Source: Anaerolineae bacterium
GTDB taxonomy: Bacteria > Chloroflexota > Anaerolineae > Fen-1058
Assembly (NCBI GenBank): GCA_041300525.1
Contig: JBGLNJ010000001.1
Span: forward strand, 149,735 to 213,734
Direction of reading: 5' to 3'
Length of the DNA stretch: 64,000 nt
Shown: positions 34,119 through 43,770 of the stretch, in pieces
Position numbering within the stretch: the first letter of the stretch is position 1
Layout of the letters: each line of letters opens with the position of its first letter
The notes under the pieces: generated by a model
What the model saw: the letters and a program-made list of their open reading frames with translations, nothing else
Told to the model about the DNA's origin: nothing
Databases searched by the model: none
Translations under genes and position numbers: made by a program

Positions 34119-34198
34119 GGGAATCCCTCCTGACAGGATGCAGGTCGCAGGTAAAAAGTCGAAGCCACAGCGCAACAAAAGTTATCTGCGATAAGCAA

Positions 34199-35626
34199 TT
34201 AGCGATTCGCCAACACTTCCAGCAATTCATTCATCGTCGCTGCCAACACCACAGGCCGCCCCAGCGCCCCGGCAATGTCCGACACGGACACGTCGTCGAG
34301 CGCCACGCCGGTCGGGTGGTCGAACATGATGCGCGGCAGCACGACCAACTCGCCCAGATCGTGCGCTTGCAACTGCGCGATCACATCCGCGCCCATCAAC
34401 AACCCGGACACGGTGATCGTCTCGCCCAGCCGCTCGTTGCGAACCGGGATCACGTCCACCTTTACCTTTACGCCGCTCAACGACGCGAATTCTTCCGCCG
34501 TCTTGCGCAGCATCGGCGCGAACAACTCGCCGGTAGCCAGGGAGATTGAAGATTGGAGATTGGAGATGTGGCGTTTTGTCTTTCGCCAATCTTCGAGGAA
34601 CTCGCGCACCATGCCGAGGCCATTTTCTTCCAGGTGGAGAGAATCGTAATGCGCGCGAAGCGGGATGGGCCGCCCGGTGACGAGATACCATTCGTCCGTG
34701 GGATAGGCAAAGCGCACGCCCAGCGTCTTGCGGAATTCCTTTTGCCACGGCTGGACGCTATCCAGCACAATGTTCATTTCGGCGGGCGTGTTGGGCCGCT
34801 CGCCATATTTGTGATGCCGGGTGATGCCCACCGGCACGACGGACACGGATTGCACGGTCGGCCAGAGCCCGGCCAGGTCGCGCACGCTGCGCTCCAGGTG
34901 CTCGCCGTCGTTCAGCCCTGGCGTGACGACGATCTGCGTGTGTACCTCGATGCCGCAACGCGCCAGCCAGCAGAGTTGTTCGAGGATGTCGGGCGCATCG
35001 TCGTTGCGCAGCAACTGGCGGCGCACGTCAAGTTCGGTGGCATGCACGGAAACATACAGCGGCGAAAGGTGCTGCTGCTCGATGCGCTCCCGGTCGTGTT
35101 CCGAAAGGTTCGTCAGCGTGACAAAGTGGCCGAACAAAAAGCTATAGCGGTAATCGTCGTCCTTGATGTAGAGCGTGCGCCGCATGCGGGGAGCCATCTG
35201 GAGCACGAAGCAGAATGTACACAGATTGTTGCAGCGGCGGATGTCAATGTCGAACGTGGGGTGTGTGAACTCGAGGCCGAGCGGCTGATCGTACTCGCGC
35301 TCGCTGCCCAGGACAAACTCGCGCACACCCGTCCCATCGGGGGCATCACGCCGCACGGTCAGCTCGACGTGCTCCTCGGCAGCGTAAAACTGCACGTCAA
35401 TCACGTCCTCGACGGAGAACCCGTTCACGGCCAGCAATTCGTCGCCCGGCTTGAGCCCCAGGTCAGCGGCCAGGCTGCCCGGCTCGACTCCGGCGACGAT
35501 GCCGCCGCGCAGAATTTCCGGCGCGACGACGCGCTCTTTGTTGCGGCCGTAGGACAAGATGCCATCTTGTCCTACAGTGTTGGGAGTGAGAGAAGACTTC
35601 GACGACGGCGATTTAGCGCGCGTCAT
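34199..35626 (-). CDS. PDZ domain + DUF512 radical-SAM-like Fe-S protein
   Basis: PDZ-like GIVAGVEPGSLAADLGLKPGDELLAVNG. CxxxCxxC motif in RRCNNLCTFCFV. The overall architecture matches the DUF512/TIGR03279-type family. Confidence 0.7.
   Translation of the reverse strand: MTRAKSPSSKSSLTPNTVGQDGILSYGRNKERVVAPEILRGGIVAGVEPGSLAADLGLKPGDELLAVNGFSVEDVIDVQFYAAEEHVELTVRRDAPDGTGVREFVLGSEREYDQPLGLEFTHPTFDIDIRRCNNLCTFCFVLQMAPRMRRTLYIKDDDYRYSFLFGHFVTLTNLSEHDRERIEQQHLSPLYVSVHATELDVRRQLLRNDDAPDILEQLCWLARCGIEVHTQIVVTPGLNDGEHLERSVRDLAGLWPTVQSVSVVPVGITRHHKYGERPNTPAEMNIVLDSVQPWQKEFRKTLGVRFAYPTDEWYLVTGRPIPLRAHYDSLHLEENGLGMVREFLEDWRKTKRHISNLQSSISLATGELFAPMLRKTAEEFASLSGVKVKVDVIPVRNERLGETITVSGLLMGADVIAQLQAHDLGELVVLPRIMFDHPTGVALDDVSVSDIAGALGRPVVLAATMNELLEVLANR
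34541..34568. repeat. Heptanucleotide tandem repeat (GGAGATT x4; reverse complement AATCTCC) inside a CDS
   Basis: GGAGATT GAAGATT GGAGATT GGAGATG encodes HISNLQSSIS in the DUF512 protein. 18 nt are identical to the array at 43743. Confidence 0.8.
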
Positions 35627-36375
35627 GCCGCATCTTCCGCCGGGAGATTGCTGCCGCGTGTCAATCGCAAGAGGCGTGTGGTGGCCTCGCGCAGATCGGC
35701 GAATCGCCCACGCTGATGCGGAGGCAATACCGCCGCCAGTTGATACATCGCTTCGCGCGTCATCAGCGAAAGCTCCTCGCGCCCCACACGCGCACCGGCC
35801 GTCTCAAAGTAAAACGGGCGGCCGAGCGTCATGCGCACATCGGTGCGCCGCAATCGTTTCCAGTTCCGTCCAATCTCCGGCGTGCCGACGATGCCGACCG
35901 GGATGACCATGGCGCCCGTGCGCGTGGCAACATAGGCGATACCGTCGTGCGGTTCTTGCAGCACACCCGACTTGCTGCGCGTGCCTTCGGGCGCCATCAA
36001 GAGCAAGTGTCCCGCCTTGAGCGCCTCGATCGCCTGACGCAGCGCCGCGCGATCCACCTCGCCGCGCCGCACGTTGATCGCGCCCCACAAGCCAATGAGC
36101 AGATTGACGCCCGGCAGCTTGAGGTTTTCAATCTTTGACATCGGCACGATGCGGCGGCGAATGCTGGCAATCAGCATCACGGGATCGAGAAACGCGACGT
36201 GGTTGATCATCAAGATGGCCGGCCCGGAAGCGGGAATGTTATCCAACCCTTCCATATCCAGATGAACCAGCACATTGAATATCGGTCGAAACGCGGCGAT
36301 AGCGATTTTCTGCCCCAGGTTGTACGGAGGCGCTTTCCTCTCCTCGGTCATGGCCCTACTCCAATTCTCTTTCAT
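35623..36375 (-). CDS. plsC: 1-acyl-sn-glycerol-3-phosphate acyltransferase
   Basis: Acyltransferase motifs NHVAFLDP (HX4D) and MAPEGTRS. Confidence 0.85.
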   Translation of the reverse strand: MKENWSRAMTEERKAPPYNLGQKIAIAAFRPIFNVLVHLDMEGLDNIPASGPAILMINHVAFLDPVMLIASIRRRIVPMSKIENLKLPGVNLLIGLWGAINVRRGEVDRAALRQAIEALKAGHLLLMAPEGTRSKSGVLQEPHDGIAYVATRTGAMVIPVGIVGTPEIGRNWKRLRRTDVRMTLGRPFYFETAGARVGREELSLMTREAMYQLAAVLPPHQRGRFADLREATTRLLRLTRGSNLPAEDAA

Positions 36376-36465
36376 CTATCTAATGGCCTGCGCTTCACCT
36401 GCGGCGAGCCGAACGGAGCGAGACGAAGCCGTCAGGTGCAAGCGTGTGTTGGGCGGCGGCCCGCT

Positions 36466-38061
36466 TTATTTGACAGCCCAAAGATATGCTACTGCCGATT
36501 GATTTACTCCCTGCTTGGCGTCAACAAGCGGGCGCAGATGCGCGATAAGCGTTTTCGTTTCAGTGGGCGTTAATGCTTCTCGCATAGCTTCTTCAAGGGT
36601 GGGAATTTTAGGGTTCCATGCGGTTCGTAACACCATTTCCCAATTCGTATCATTATCCTTCTGTTTTATTTCAACCTGTAATTCAAGATGGATTTCCTTA
36701 AAGCCTGTCTTTTCCGCAAACGTTATCAAATCGCGCTCGTCAAAATCAAGCATAGGGTCACTGTCAGTTGGCTGAATTCGATGATAAACGATTTTTACCT
36801 TTTGTGCTATCTCGGCTACAGGCGTTACATCATATCCCCAGAAAATATGTGTTGGCTCGGGGGAACAAAATCTGTTTATCGGCTCGAATAGGGATAGTCT
36901 GCCGTGAGGTTTGAGAACACGATAGAACTCGCTAAATGCTTGTTGTTTGGCCGCAACGTAAATCAATACTGAACGTGTTGTGACAACTTCAACTGACTCA
37001 TTGCTGATGGCTGAAAGGTTTTCGGCGGGAGCACATATAAAGTGACAACGGTCAAGGACATCCATTTTCTGCGCGATAGCCTGAGCATGATTGAGCAAAT
37101 CTTGTGAGATGTCGCTAAAGATAACTTTGACGGTGGCCGATTTCTCAAATGCGCCAAAAGCGATTAGACCATCACCGCACCCGACATCAAGTAGTGTTTC
37201 ATTTTCGCCCAAGTTAGCATGATGCAGAACTTTATCCTGCACAGGATACAGACAGTCCATTACGGCTTTCATCCGTTCGGCATTACCGCCGAAACGTCGG
37301 TTCAATAACCACTCACTCCATATATCGCGTTGCGATTCAGCCATACTCTCCCTCAAGTTTGTTACGAGATTGCCGCGATTGTGACGCAAGTCGCCCAACA
37401 GCTTTTCAACCACTTGCATCACACCGGCGATGTCGAGGTGAGTCGAATCCACGATGACGGCATCTTGCGCCGGGCGCAGCGGAGCTGTGGCTCGCCCGCT
37501 ATCTATCTGGTCACGCCGCATCATCGCCGAAAGAACGTCATTTAATTTGACGGGCTCGCCCCGCGCCAGACATTCCGCCTGGCGGCGGCAAGCACGTTCC
37601 TCGGCAGAAGCGTCCAGGTAAATCTTGAGGTCGGCTTCCGGCAGGACGACGGTGCCAATATCCCGTCCCACCATGACCACGTGACCCGCCAGGCCAATGC
37701 GCCGCTGCTGCGCCGTCATCGCCGTCCGAACGCCGGGATAAGCCGACACGGGCGACACAGCCCGATCCACCTCCGGCGTGCGGATGGCCCACGTCACATC
37801 ACGCCCCTCGCACATCACCGTGTATTGCCGGCCGTCGTCCGCCGTCGGCGCGAGCACGTCAATCTGCATGCGCTCGGCCAGATTTGTGACGGCTGCCTCG
37901 TCGCCAATGTCCAGGCCGCGTTCGAGCGCCGCCCACGTGACCGCCCGATACATGACGCCCGTATCGAAATAGATATAGCCGAGTTTTTCGGCCAGCAGCG
38001 CGCCGAGCGTGCTCTTGCCTGAAGCAGCCGGGCCGTCAATCGCAATAATGGAAGGGATCAT
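36466..38061 (-). CDS. cmk: Cytidylate kinase fused in frame to a class I SAM-dependent methyltransferase
   Basis: The N-terminal half has IIAIDGPAASGKSTLG...FDTGVMYRA...GRDIGTVVLP (Cmk). The C-terminal half has LLDVGCGDGLIAF...VIFSDIS (methyltransferase motif I/II). I set the start at ATG 38061, which overlaps the rluB stop as ATGA. An internal GAGGGAG-ATG sits at 37344. Confidence 0.8.
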   Translation of the reverse strand: MIPSIIAIDGPAASGKSTLGALLAEKLGYIYFDTGVMYRAVTWAALERGLDIGDEAAVTNLAERMQIDVLAPTADDGRQYTVMCEGRDVTWAIRTPEVDRAVSPVSAYPGVRTAMTAQQRRIGLAGHVVMVGRDIGTVVLPEADLKIYLDASAEERACRRQAECLARGEPVKLNDVLSAMMRRDQIDSGRATAPLRPAQDAVIVDSTHLDIAGVMQVVEKLLGDLRHNRGNLVTNLRESMAESQRDIWSEWLLNRRFGGNAERMKAVMDCLYPVQDKVLHHANLGENETLLDVGCGDGLIAFGAFEKSATVKVIFSDISQDLLNHAQAIAQKMDVLDRCHFICAPAENLSAISNESVEVVTTRSVLIYVAAKQQAFSEFYRVLKPHGRLSLFEPINRFCSPEPTHIFWGYDVTPVAEIAQKVKIVYHRIQPTDSDPMLDFDERDLITFAEKTGFKEIHLELQVEIKQKDNDTNWEMVLRTAWNPKIPTLEEAMREALTPTETKTLIAHLRPLVDAKQGVNQSAVAYLWAVK

Positions 38062-38825
38062 GCCGATTCCTTCAACTGGTTCAACGCTCGCAATTCCTGG
38101 CTGTTCAGATGGCGCCATTCGCCCGGCTTGAGGTCGCCCACGCGGATCGGCCCGACGCGCACGCGGATGAGCCGGCGCACCGGGTATCCGAGCAAGGAAG
38201 CCGTGTCACGGATCTGCCGCTTGCGGCCCTCTTGCATCACCACGCGCAGCCACGTGCCCTCGCCCTCACTGCGCATGATGCTGATGTGCGCCGGCAAAGT
38301 TTTATGATCTTCCAACATCACGCCGCGCCGCCAGCGAAAAAGGGTAGCGTCGTCCGGGCGGCCCAGGACAAAAACGTGATATTCTTTTTCATGCTCAAAG
38401 CGCGGGTGCGTGAGCCGGTTCACCAGGTCACCGTCGTTCGACAGCAGGATCAGCCCCTCGCTATCGGCATCCAGCCGGCCCACCGGCACCAGGTGTCCTT
38501 CGAGTGGAATCAACTCGCGCACGGTTTTGCGGCCGCGCTCGTCGTCGAGCGTGGTGATGACGCCGCGCGGCTTGTAAAGCGCCACCGTGATTTCGCGCGT
38601 CTCGACACGGATACGACGCCCGTCCACGCGGATCGTGTCGTGCATGGAATCGGCGCTATCGCCCAACCCGGCCAGCTTGCCATTGACGCTCACGCGCCCC
38701 TGGCGAATGACCTCTTCGCATGCGCGGCGGCTGCCATAGCCGGCCGCCACCAGAATCTTTTGAAGACGCTGCCTGTTTTCTTGCACGTTTTCACCCTGGG
38801 TAGACTTGTCAAAGCATTGTAACAT
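38058..38825 (-). CDS. rluB: 23S rRNA pseudouridine synthase, RluB/RsuA family
   Basis: S4 domain RLQKILVAAGYGSRRACEEVIRQGRVSVNG and catalytic VGRLDADSEGLILLSNDG. The start is reset to ATG 38825 (GAGG upstream). The longer track ORF reads through a GC hairpin repeat. Confidence 0.85.
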   Translation of the reverse strand: MLQCFDKSTQGENVQENRQRLQKILVAAGYGSRRACEEVIRQGRVSVNGKLAGLGDSADSMHDTIRVDGRRIRVETREITVALYKPRGVITTLDDERGRKTVRELIPLEGHLVPVGRLDADSEGLILLSNDGDLVNRLTHPRFEHEKEYHVFVLGRPDDATLFRWRRGVMLEDHKTLPAHISIMRSEGEGTWLRVVMQEGRKRQIRDTASLLGYPVRRLIRVRVGPIRVGDLKPGEWRHLNSQELRALNQLKESA

Positions 38826-38867
38826 ATCCTCAGCGATTCTGCCACGAAGCCGGAACCACATCCGGTA

Positions 38868-38890
38868 GGGGCAACCCTTGTGGTTGCCCC
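38868..38890. repeat. Perfect GC-rich hairpin (REP-like)
   Basis: GGGGCAACC-cttgt-GGTTGCCCC in the divergent intergenic region. Confidence 0.7.
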
Positions 38891-38989
38891 TCGGCTGGGC
38901 AGGCACAAAGTGTACCCTTACGAGTTGTGAGGAATTACCAGACGACATCCGATTGACAAATCCATCGTTCGTTGTAGACTTTTGCCACT

Positions 38990-41980
38990 ATGGCCTCGCC
39001 GCAAAAGTGGCTTGTCGGTTTGATCGTCTTGGGATGCGTGCTCAGCAGCAGCGTCCCTGTTCAGGTTTTGGCCGTTCCGCCAGAGCCTGGCGTCACGCCA
39101 CGCCCGACCGTCGTCCAAACAAAAGACGGCCTGACCCTGGACTGGCGTGTATCCATGTCGCAGATCCACATCACGCCACGCGCCGACGGGACGCTCGACG
39201 TGACGTTGCCTGGCGCCTCACAAACCCATCAGCCCAGCCTCCCGCAACTGCCGTTTGATTCGGCATTGATCGCCGTGCCTCCCGATGCGACTCCCACACT
39301 CCACGTACTCGCCGCCGAAGAGCAAACGATCCCCCTACCCGCCCGCAGAGAGGTAGCGCTTGCACCGATGCCCTCGGGCGTTCAGCGCGATGCGAGCGGT
39401 CATGTGATTGGTGGGGCTTTCTCGCCAACCTCGACTGCGATTTCCTCCACCACGGAGCAAGCGGTGACGCTGGAACCGGTCGGCGTAATGCGCGGCGTGC
39501 GCCTGGCGCGAGTGACGTTCTACCCCATCCGCCCGGTGAAGGGACAACCCTATGCCCGCGTGACCACTCACCTGCGCGTCTCTATCACCTTCGGTAGACA
39601 AGTTGGCAATGTGTTCCACGCCACGCGGCTCGACCCGCTGCTGGCTGCAGTCCAATCAACCGTCGTCAATCCAGATCAAGTTCAGCCTCGATCCCCAATC
39701 CCCACGCGGAGCATCCAATCTCCAATCCGAAATCCAACCGGCGCCGGTTCCGCTTTAACGGCGATAGAAGTGAGCGCGCCCGGCCTGACCGCCATCTCGT
39801 ATGAAGCCTTGAACGCCATCGGCTTTCCCGTTGACAGCACCGACCCTCACTTCTTGCACTTGATGCATGCCGGGAACGAGGTCGCCATTGAATGGGACGG
39901 CAACGGCGATACACACTTTGAGCCGGGCGAGCGATTGCTATTCTACGCCGACCCGCGCTCTAGCCGTTGGACGTACGGCGACGTCTACTTTCTCTGGCGA
40001 GACGCCACGCCCGGCTTGCGCATGTCGAGCCGCTCCGCCGCGCCCACCGGCCAGCCCGGCATCGCTTGGGCCACTGCGACCGCCGAGGTCAATGCGCTCT
40101 ATACGCCCGATGGCTTTTACGGGCCAATCCCCGCCGGACGCGACGGCGACCGCTGGACGTGGGACGCGCTGCGGCTCCCCGATCGCGCTTTAGCTTCATA
40201 CCCTGTCGAATTGCCATTTGCCGTGGACGTGACACAGCCATCCATGTTGACGGTGTGGCTCATCGGCTACACGGATGTCACCGCCAGCCCCGACCATCGC
40301 GTGGATGTGAGCCTCAACGACGTGTACGTGGGCCGCGTCGAATGGAACGGCAAGCGAGCGATTACGGCCACGCTGCCTATCACGCCCGGCATCTTGCGCG
40401 GCGGTATCAACACTCTCACATTGACACTGCCTGGCCTTGCCGGCGTCAACGTCGAGGGCATGTGGCTGGATGCTTTTTCGATCAATTGTGCGCGCAGCCA
40501 GGCATCGGCGGGAGCATCGGTTCGCTTCGACACAACCCCGACCGTTTACCAAGAGCCTGCCCCTCTTCTGCCGCGTCGGCTCTACCTGCCGCTGGTCACC
40601 CGCAACTATGCTCAGCAACAAGCGCCGGCTTTTACAGTTGCACTGGTCAGCCCCGGCCCCTATCGCGCTTACGACGTGACCGATCCCCTCCACCCACAAA
40701 GGCTGACCGACATGAAGGTGAACGGGAACTCTGTCACCCTGAGTGATCCACCGGAGGGTGGCGCGCATCGCTACATCGTCACATCTGCCGAGGGCATCCT
40801 CAACCCTGCGCGTGTGAGGCCGGCTGAGAGCCTATCGGGCTTTCACGCCACCGGCGGATTCACCGGCGCCGATTACGCGATCATCACTCATCCCGCCTTC
40901 GCCGATGCGCTCGGCCCGCTGGCGAGCCTGCGCCAATCGCAAGGGCTCACGACAACCGTGATCAACGTGCTGGGCATCTATGACGAGTGGGGCGATGGCC
41001 GTCCCGACCCGGAAGCGATCCGCGCCTTTATCGCGAATGCCTACGCCACCTGGCAGCCGCGCCCGACTTTTATTTTGCTGGTCGGCGATGGAAGCTTTGA
41101 CCCGAAACGCTATCGCACGGATTCACCACCCACTTTCATTCCGCCTTTCCTGGCCGATGTGGACCCGTGGGCCGGAGAGACTGCCGCCGACAATCGCTAC
41201 GTCACCGTGGACGGAGCGGACGACCTGCCCGATCTATTGATTGGCCGGCTGCCGGTCAAAACGCTGGCCGAGGCGCAGGCCGTCGTGGACAAAATCGTGC
41301 GATACGAGACCGCTCCTTTCCCCGGCGGGTGGAATCGCAACATGGCGTTCGTGGCGGATGACACAGACCCCAAGGCTGGGGACTTTGCGGCTCAATCCGA
41401 AATCATCGCCACGGCTTACGTGACCTCGCCCTTTACGCCGCAGCGAATCTACTTTACGCCGCCCGCGACGACGGTCACCGCAACTCGACAGGCTACGCTG
41501 AACGCCTGGAACACCGGCGCGTTGCTCGTGCAGTTCGCCGGCCATTCGTCCTGGCAGCAATGGGCCCAAGAGCGATTCTTTCACCTGGACGATCTCCCAA
41601 CGCTCCACAACGGCCGCCGCTGGCCCATCGTCGTCGAGATGACGTGTTTCACGGGAGCGTTTCATCGGCCTGAGCCAACGCTGGACGAAGCATTGCTCAC
41701 GCTGAACAGTGGTGGGGCAGTCGCTGCCTGGGGCGCAACGGGCCTGGGCGTTGGCACCGGCCATGCGGCGCTCGACGATGGATTCTTTCGCGCGGCCCTG
41801 CGTGACTCGGTCAGCACGCTCGGGCAGGCGACACTCGCTGGCAAACTATCCCTGGCCGCCACCGGCCAGAATTTGGACTTGCTGAATACCTTTGTCTTGC
41901 TCGGCGATCCTGCCCTGAGATTCAACCGAACCATCATACCCTGGGCCAGCCAAATTTACTTGCCCTTGATCTCAAAATGA
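38990..41980 (+). CDS. Secreted peptidase C25 (gingipain-like) family protein with a long N-terminal region
   Basis: Signal peptide. ADYAIITHPAFADALGPLASLRQSQGLTTTVINV...ILLVGDGSFDP, NRYVTVDGADDLPDLLIGRLPV, FAGHSSW and VVEMTCFTGAF match the C25 His/Cys catalytic blocks. It ends IYLPLISK. Confidence 0.75.
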   Translation: MASPQKWLVGLIVLGCVLSSSVPVQVLAVPPEPGVTPRPTVVQTKDGLTLDWRVSMSQIHITPRADGTLDVTLPGASQTHQPSLPQLPFDSALIAVPPDATPTLHVLAAEEQTIPLPARREVALAPMPSGVQRDASGHVIGGAFSPTSTAISSTTEQAVTLEPVGVMRGVRLARVTFYPIRPVKGQPYARVTTHLRVSITFGRQVGNVFHATRLDPLLAAVQSTVVNPDQVQPRSPIPTRSIQSPIRNPTGAGSALTAIEVSAPGLTAISYEALNAIGFPVDSTDPHFLHLMHAGNEVAIEWDGNGDTHFEPGERLLFYADPRSSRWTYGDVYFLWRDATPGLRMSSRSAAPTGQPGIAWATATAEVNALYTPDGFYGPIPAGRDGDRWTWDALRLPDRALASYPVELPFAVDVTQPSMLTVWLIGYTDVTASPDHRVDVSLNDVYVGRVEWNGKRAITATLPITPGILRGGINTLTLTLPGLAGVNVEGMWLDAFSINCARSQASAGASVRFDTTPTVYQEPAPLLPRRLYLPLVTRNYAQQQAPAFTVALVSPGPYRAYDVTDPLHPQRLTDMKVNGNSVTLSDPPEGGAHRYIVTSAEGILNPARVRPAESLSGFHATGGFTGADYAIITHPAFADALGPLASLRQSQGLTTTVINVLGIYDEWGDGRPDPEAIRAFIANAYATWQPRPTFILLVGDGSFDPKRYRTDSPPTFIPPFLADVDPWAGETAADNRYVTVDGADDLPDLLIGRLPVKTLAEAQAVVDKIVRYETAPFPGGWNRNMAFVADDTDPKAGDFAAQSEIIATAYVTSPFTPQRIYFTPPATTVTATRQATLNAWNTGALLVQFAGHSSWQQWAQERFFHLDDLPTLHNGRRWPIVVEMTCFTGAFHRPEPTLDEALLTLNSGGAVAAWGATGLGVGTGHAALDDGFFRAALRDSVSTLGQATLAGKLSLAATGQNLDLLNTFVLLGDPALRFNRTIIPWASQIYLPLISK
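39691..39738. repeat. Degenerate heptanucleotide repeat (CCCCAAT / TCCAATC units) inside a CDS
   Basis: ATCCCCAATCCCCA...CATCCAATCTCCAATCCGAAATCCAACC encodes PIPTRSIQSPIRNPT. Confidence 0.6.
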
Positions 41981-41985
41981 TTTGT

Positions 41986-42014
41986 TTGACTTGACATTTG
42001 ACTTGTGGTATCAT
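41986..42014 (+). promoter_or_regulatory. Strong sigma70-type promoter
   Basis: TTGACT (41986-41991), a 17-nt spacer, then TGgTATCAT (42006-42014). AAGGAG RBS at 42042-42047 and ATG at 42055. Confidence 0.6.
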
Positions 42015-42054
42015 CTTCATATTCCTACCTCCATTCGTGCGAAAGGAGCCGCCC

Positions 42055-42378
42055 ATGCCCAAATCACGCACCGACCAAATGGTAGAGCGCCTGCGAGACC
42101 TCCAGGCTTCTACTGGAGATATTGAAGGCTCCGCTGTCGTCTCTGTGGACGGCCTCATCATGGCCTCGTCATTGCCCGCCGGCGTCGAAGAGGATCGTGT
42201 TTCGGCCATGTCCGCCGCCATGCTCTCCCTGGGTGAGCGCATCGCCACCGAGTTAGGGCGCGGAATCGCCCTCGCCCACTACGCCCCCCAACGAATCGCC
42301 CGCGTGGTTCCGCGACGCGATCCTGTACGAAATCGTTCCGCGCAGTTATTACGATTCCAACGGCGATGGCGTGGGTGA
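42055..42378 (+). CDS. Roadblock/LC7 (MglB-like) domain protein; C-terminal third replaced by out-of-frame GH13 sequence (likely truncated)
   Basis: MPKSRTDQMVERLRDLQASTGDIEGSAVVSVDGLIMASSLPAGVEEDRVSAMSAAMLSLGERIATELGRG is Roadblock-like. From about 42257 the same DNA encodes GH13 N-terminal motifs in another frame. Confidence 0.6.
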   Translation: MPKSRTDQMVERLRDLQASTGDIEGSAVVSVDGLIMASSLPAGVEEDRVSAMSAAMLSLGERIATELGRGIALAHYAPQRIARVVPRRDPVRNRSAQLLRFQRRWRG

Positions 42379-43738
42379 CCTGCCCGGCATCGCGTCCAAG
42401 CTCGATTACATCCAGGCGCTCGGCGCGAACACACTCTGGCTGACGCCGGTGTTCTCAGCCACCAGTTCATTTGGCCTCGACGTGATGGACTATTCCACCC
42501 TCTCACCCAGCCTGGGCACAAAGGAGGACCTGGCAAATCTGATTCGCCAGGCACATAGCCGCAAGATGCGCGTGGTGATGGACCTGCCGGTTGCCTACAC
42601 ATCCAACGAGTTTGCGTATTTCAAGGACGCTTACAACAAACCGGCCTCGGCGTATAGTGATTGGTATCAATGGACGAACACGGCGCACACCGCTTACAAA
42701 TCCTATGCCAACCTCCGCACTCTGCCGCTGCTCAATCACAAGAATGTGTCCGTGCAGTCATATCTTGTTCAGGTGGCTCAGACCTGGCTGAGCGCCGGAG
42801 TGGATGGCTTTCGTGTGAGCGATGCGGACAGCATGCCGCACGAGTTTTTGAAATCGTTTCGCCAGGCGGTCAAGCAGGCCAACTCGGGCGCCGTCTTGCT
42901 GGGCGAGGTCTGGAACAACGACCCCAAGAAACTGGCGCCCTATTTCCTGGACGAGTTCGACGCTCTGTTTGACGCGCCGCTGTATTACGCGCTGGCCGGC
43001 AACGCCGACCGCAACGGCGGTGGACTGCTCAACGGGCGCAACACGCCGAACGACCTGGATGCAGTCTTGAGCGCAATGGCACTCTACACCCCCACGGCGC
43101 AACTCATCCGCTTTGCCGGCGCTCACAACACCAACCGCATTGCCAGCCTCGTGAGCCAGAATGTAGAGCGCGAGCGGATGGCGGCGCTGCTCGTCCTCAC
43201 GCTGCCCGGCACGCCGATGATTTACTATGGCGACGAAATCGGGATGCCCGGCAGCCTGGGCAGCGGCGCATCCGCCGAGGAATACCGCCGTGCGCCGATG
43301 GACTGGACCCAGTCTGCCAAAGGCACTGGCACGGCGACATGGTTCAAAGACGCGGCCAAGGTCAACAAGCCCAACGATAACATTTCGGTGGAAGAGCAGC
43401 AAAACGTCAAAGGCTCCCTGTGGAGCTTTTACAAAATGCTCATCACACAGCGCAAGGAACACGCCGCGCTGCGCGGCGACGGTTTCCAAACCGTCGCCAG
43501 CCCCTGCCGTTCGTGCTACGCTTACCTGCGGTGGGACGCGAACGATTTCTATCTCATCGCCATCAACTTTTCCGACCAGACGCAGAGCGTGACGCTCGAC
43601 CTCACCAAAACGCCGCGCAACGTGAGCGGCCCCGGAGAAGACTTGACCCGAGGGGGCACCGTCAGCCTGCCATCCAATGGCCGTTATACACTCACGATGG
43701 AGGCGCGGGACGCGCGTCTTTTGCACTGGGGAAAGTAG
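42371..43738 (+). CDS. GH13 alpha-amylase-family glycosidase; homology extends upstream to 42257 without a canonical start (5'-truncated)
   Basis: GDLPGIASKLDYIQALGANTLWLTPVF, DGFRVSDADSMP, LLGEVW and FAGAHNTNR correspond to GH13 regions I-IV. In-frame upstream codons give SPAWFRDAILYEIVPRSYYDSNGDG, preceded by TAG at 42254. Confidence 0.75.
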   Translation: MGDLPGIASKLDYIQALGANTLWLTPVFSATSSFGLDVMDYSTLSPSLGTKEDLANLIRQAHSRKMRVVMDLPVAYTSNEFAYFKDAYNKPASAYSDWYQWTNTAHTAYKSYANLRTLPLLNHKNVSVQSYLVQVAQTWLSAGVDGFRVSDADSMPHEFLKSFRQAVKQANSGAVLLGEVWNNDPKKLAPYFLDEFDALFDAPLYYALAGNADRNGGGLLNGRNTPNDLDAVLSAMALYTPTAQLIRFAGAHNTNRIASLVSQNVERERMAALLVLTLPGTPMIYYGDEIGMPGSLGSGASAEEYRRAPMDWTQSAKGTGTATWFKDAAKVNKPNDNISVEEQQNVKGSLWSFYKMLITQRKEHAALRGDGFQTVASPCRSCYAYLRWDANDFYLIAINFSDQTQSVTLDLTKTPRNVSGPGEDLTRGGTVSLPSNGRYTLTMEARDARLLHWGK

Positions 43739-43742
43739 GCAA

Positions 43743-43770
43743 AATCTCCAATCTCCAATCTCAAATTTCA
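43743..43770. repeat. Heptanucleotide tandem repeat (AATCTCC family)
   Basis: AATCTCC AATCTCC AATCTCA AATTTCA, located exactly between the GH13 stop and the first conserved lysA codons. Confidence 0.8.

Noticed and set aside
34119-34198. glmS ribozyme upstream of glmS
   Set aside because: Only about 80 nt separate the glmS ATG from the preceding gene stop, too short for the ~170-nt ribozyme, and no conserved core was recognised.
41986-42003. Triple TTGAC repeat as a tandem-repeat element or regulator iteron
   Set aside because: The spacing is irregular (5 and 7 nt). One copy forms a well-spaced -35 for the TGgTATCAT box, so the promoter interpretation suffices.
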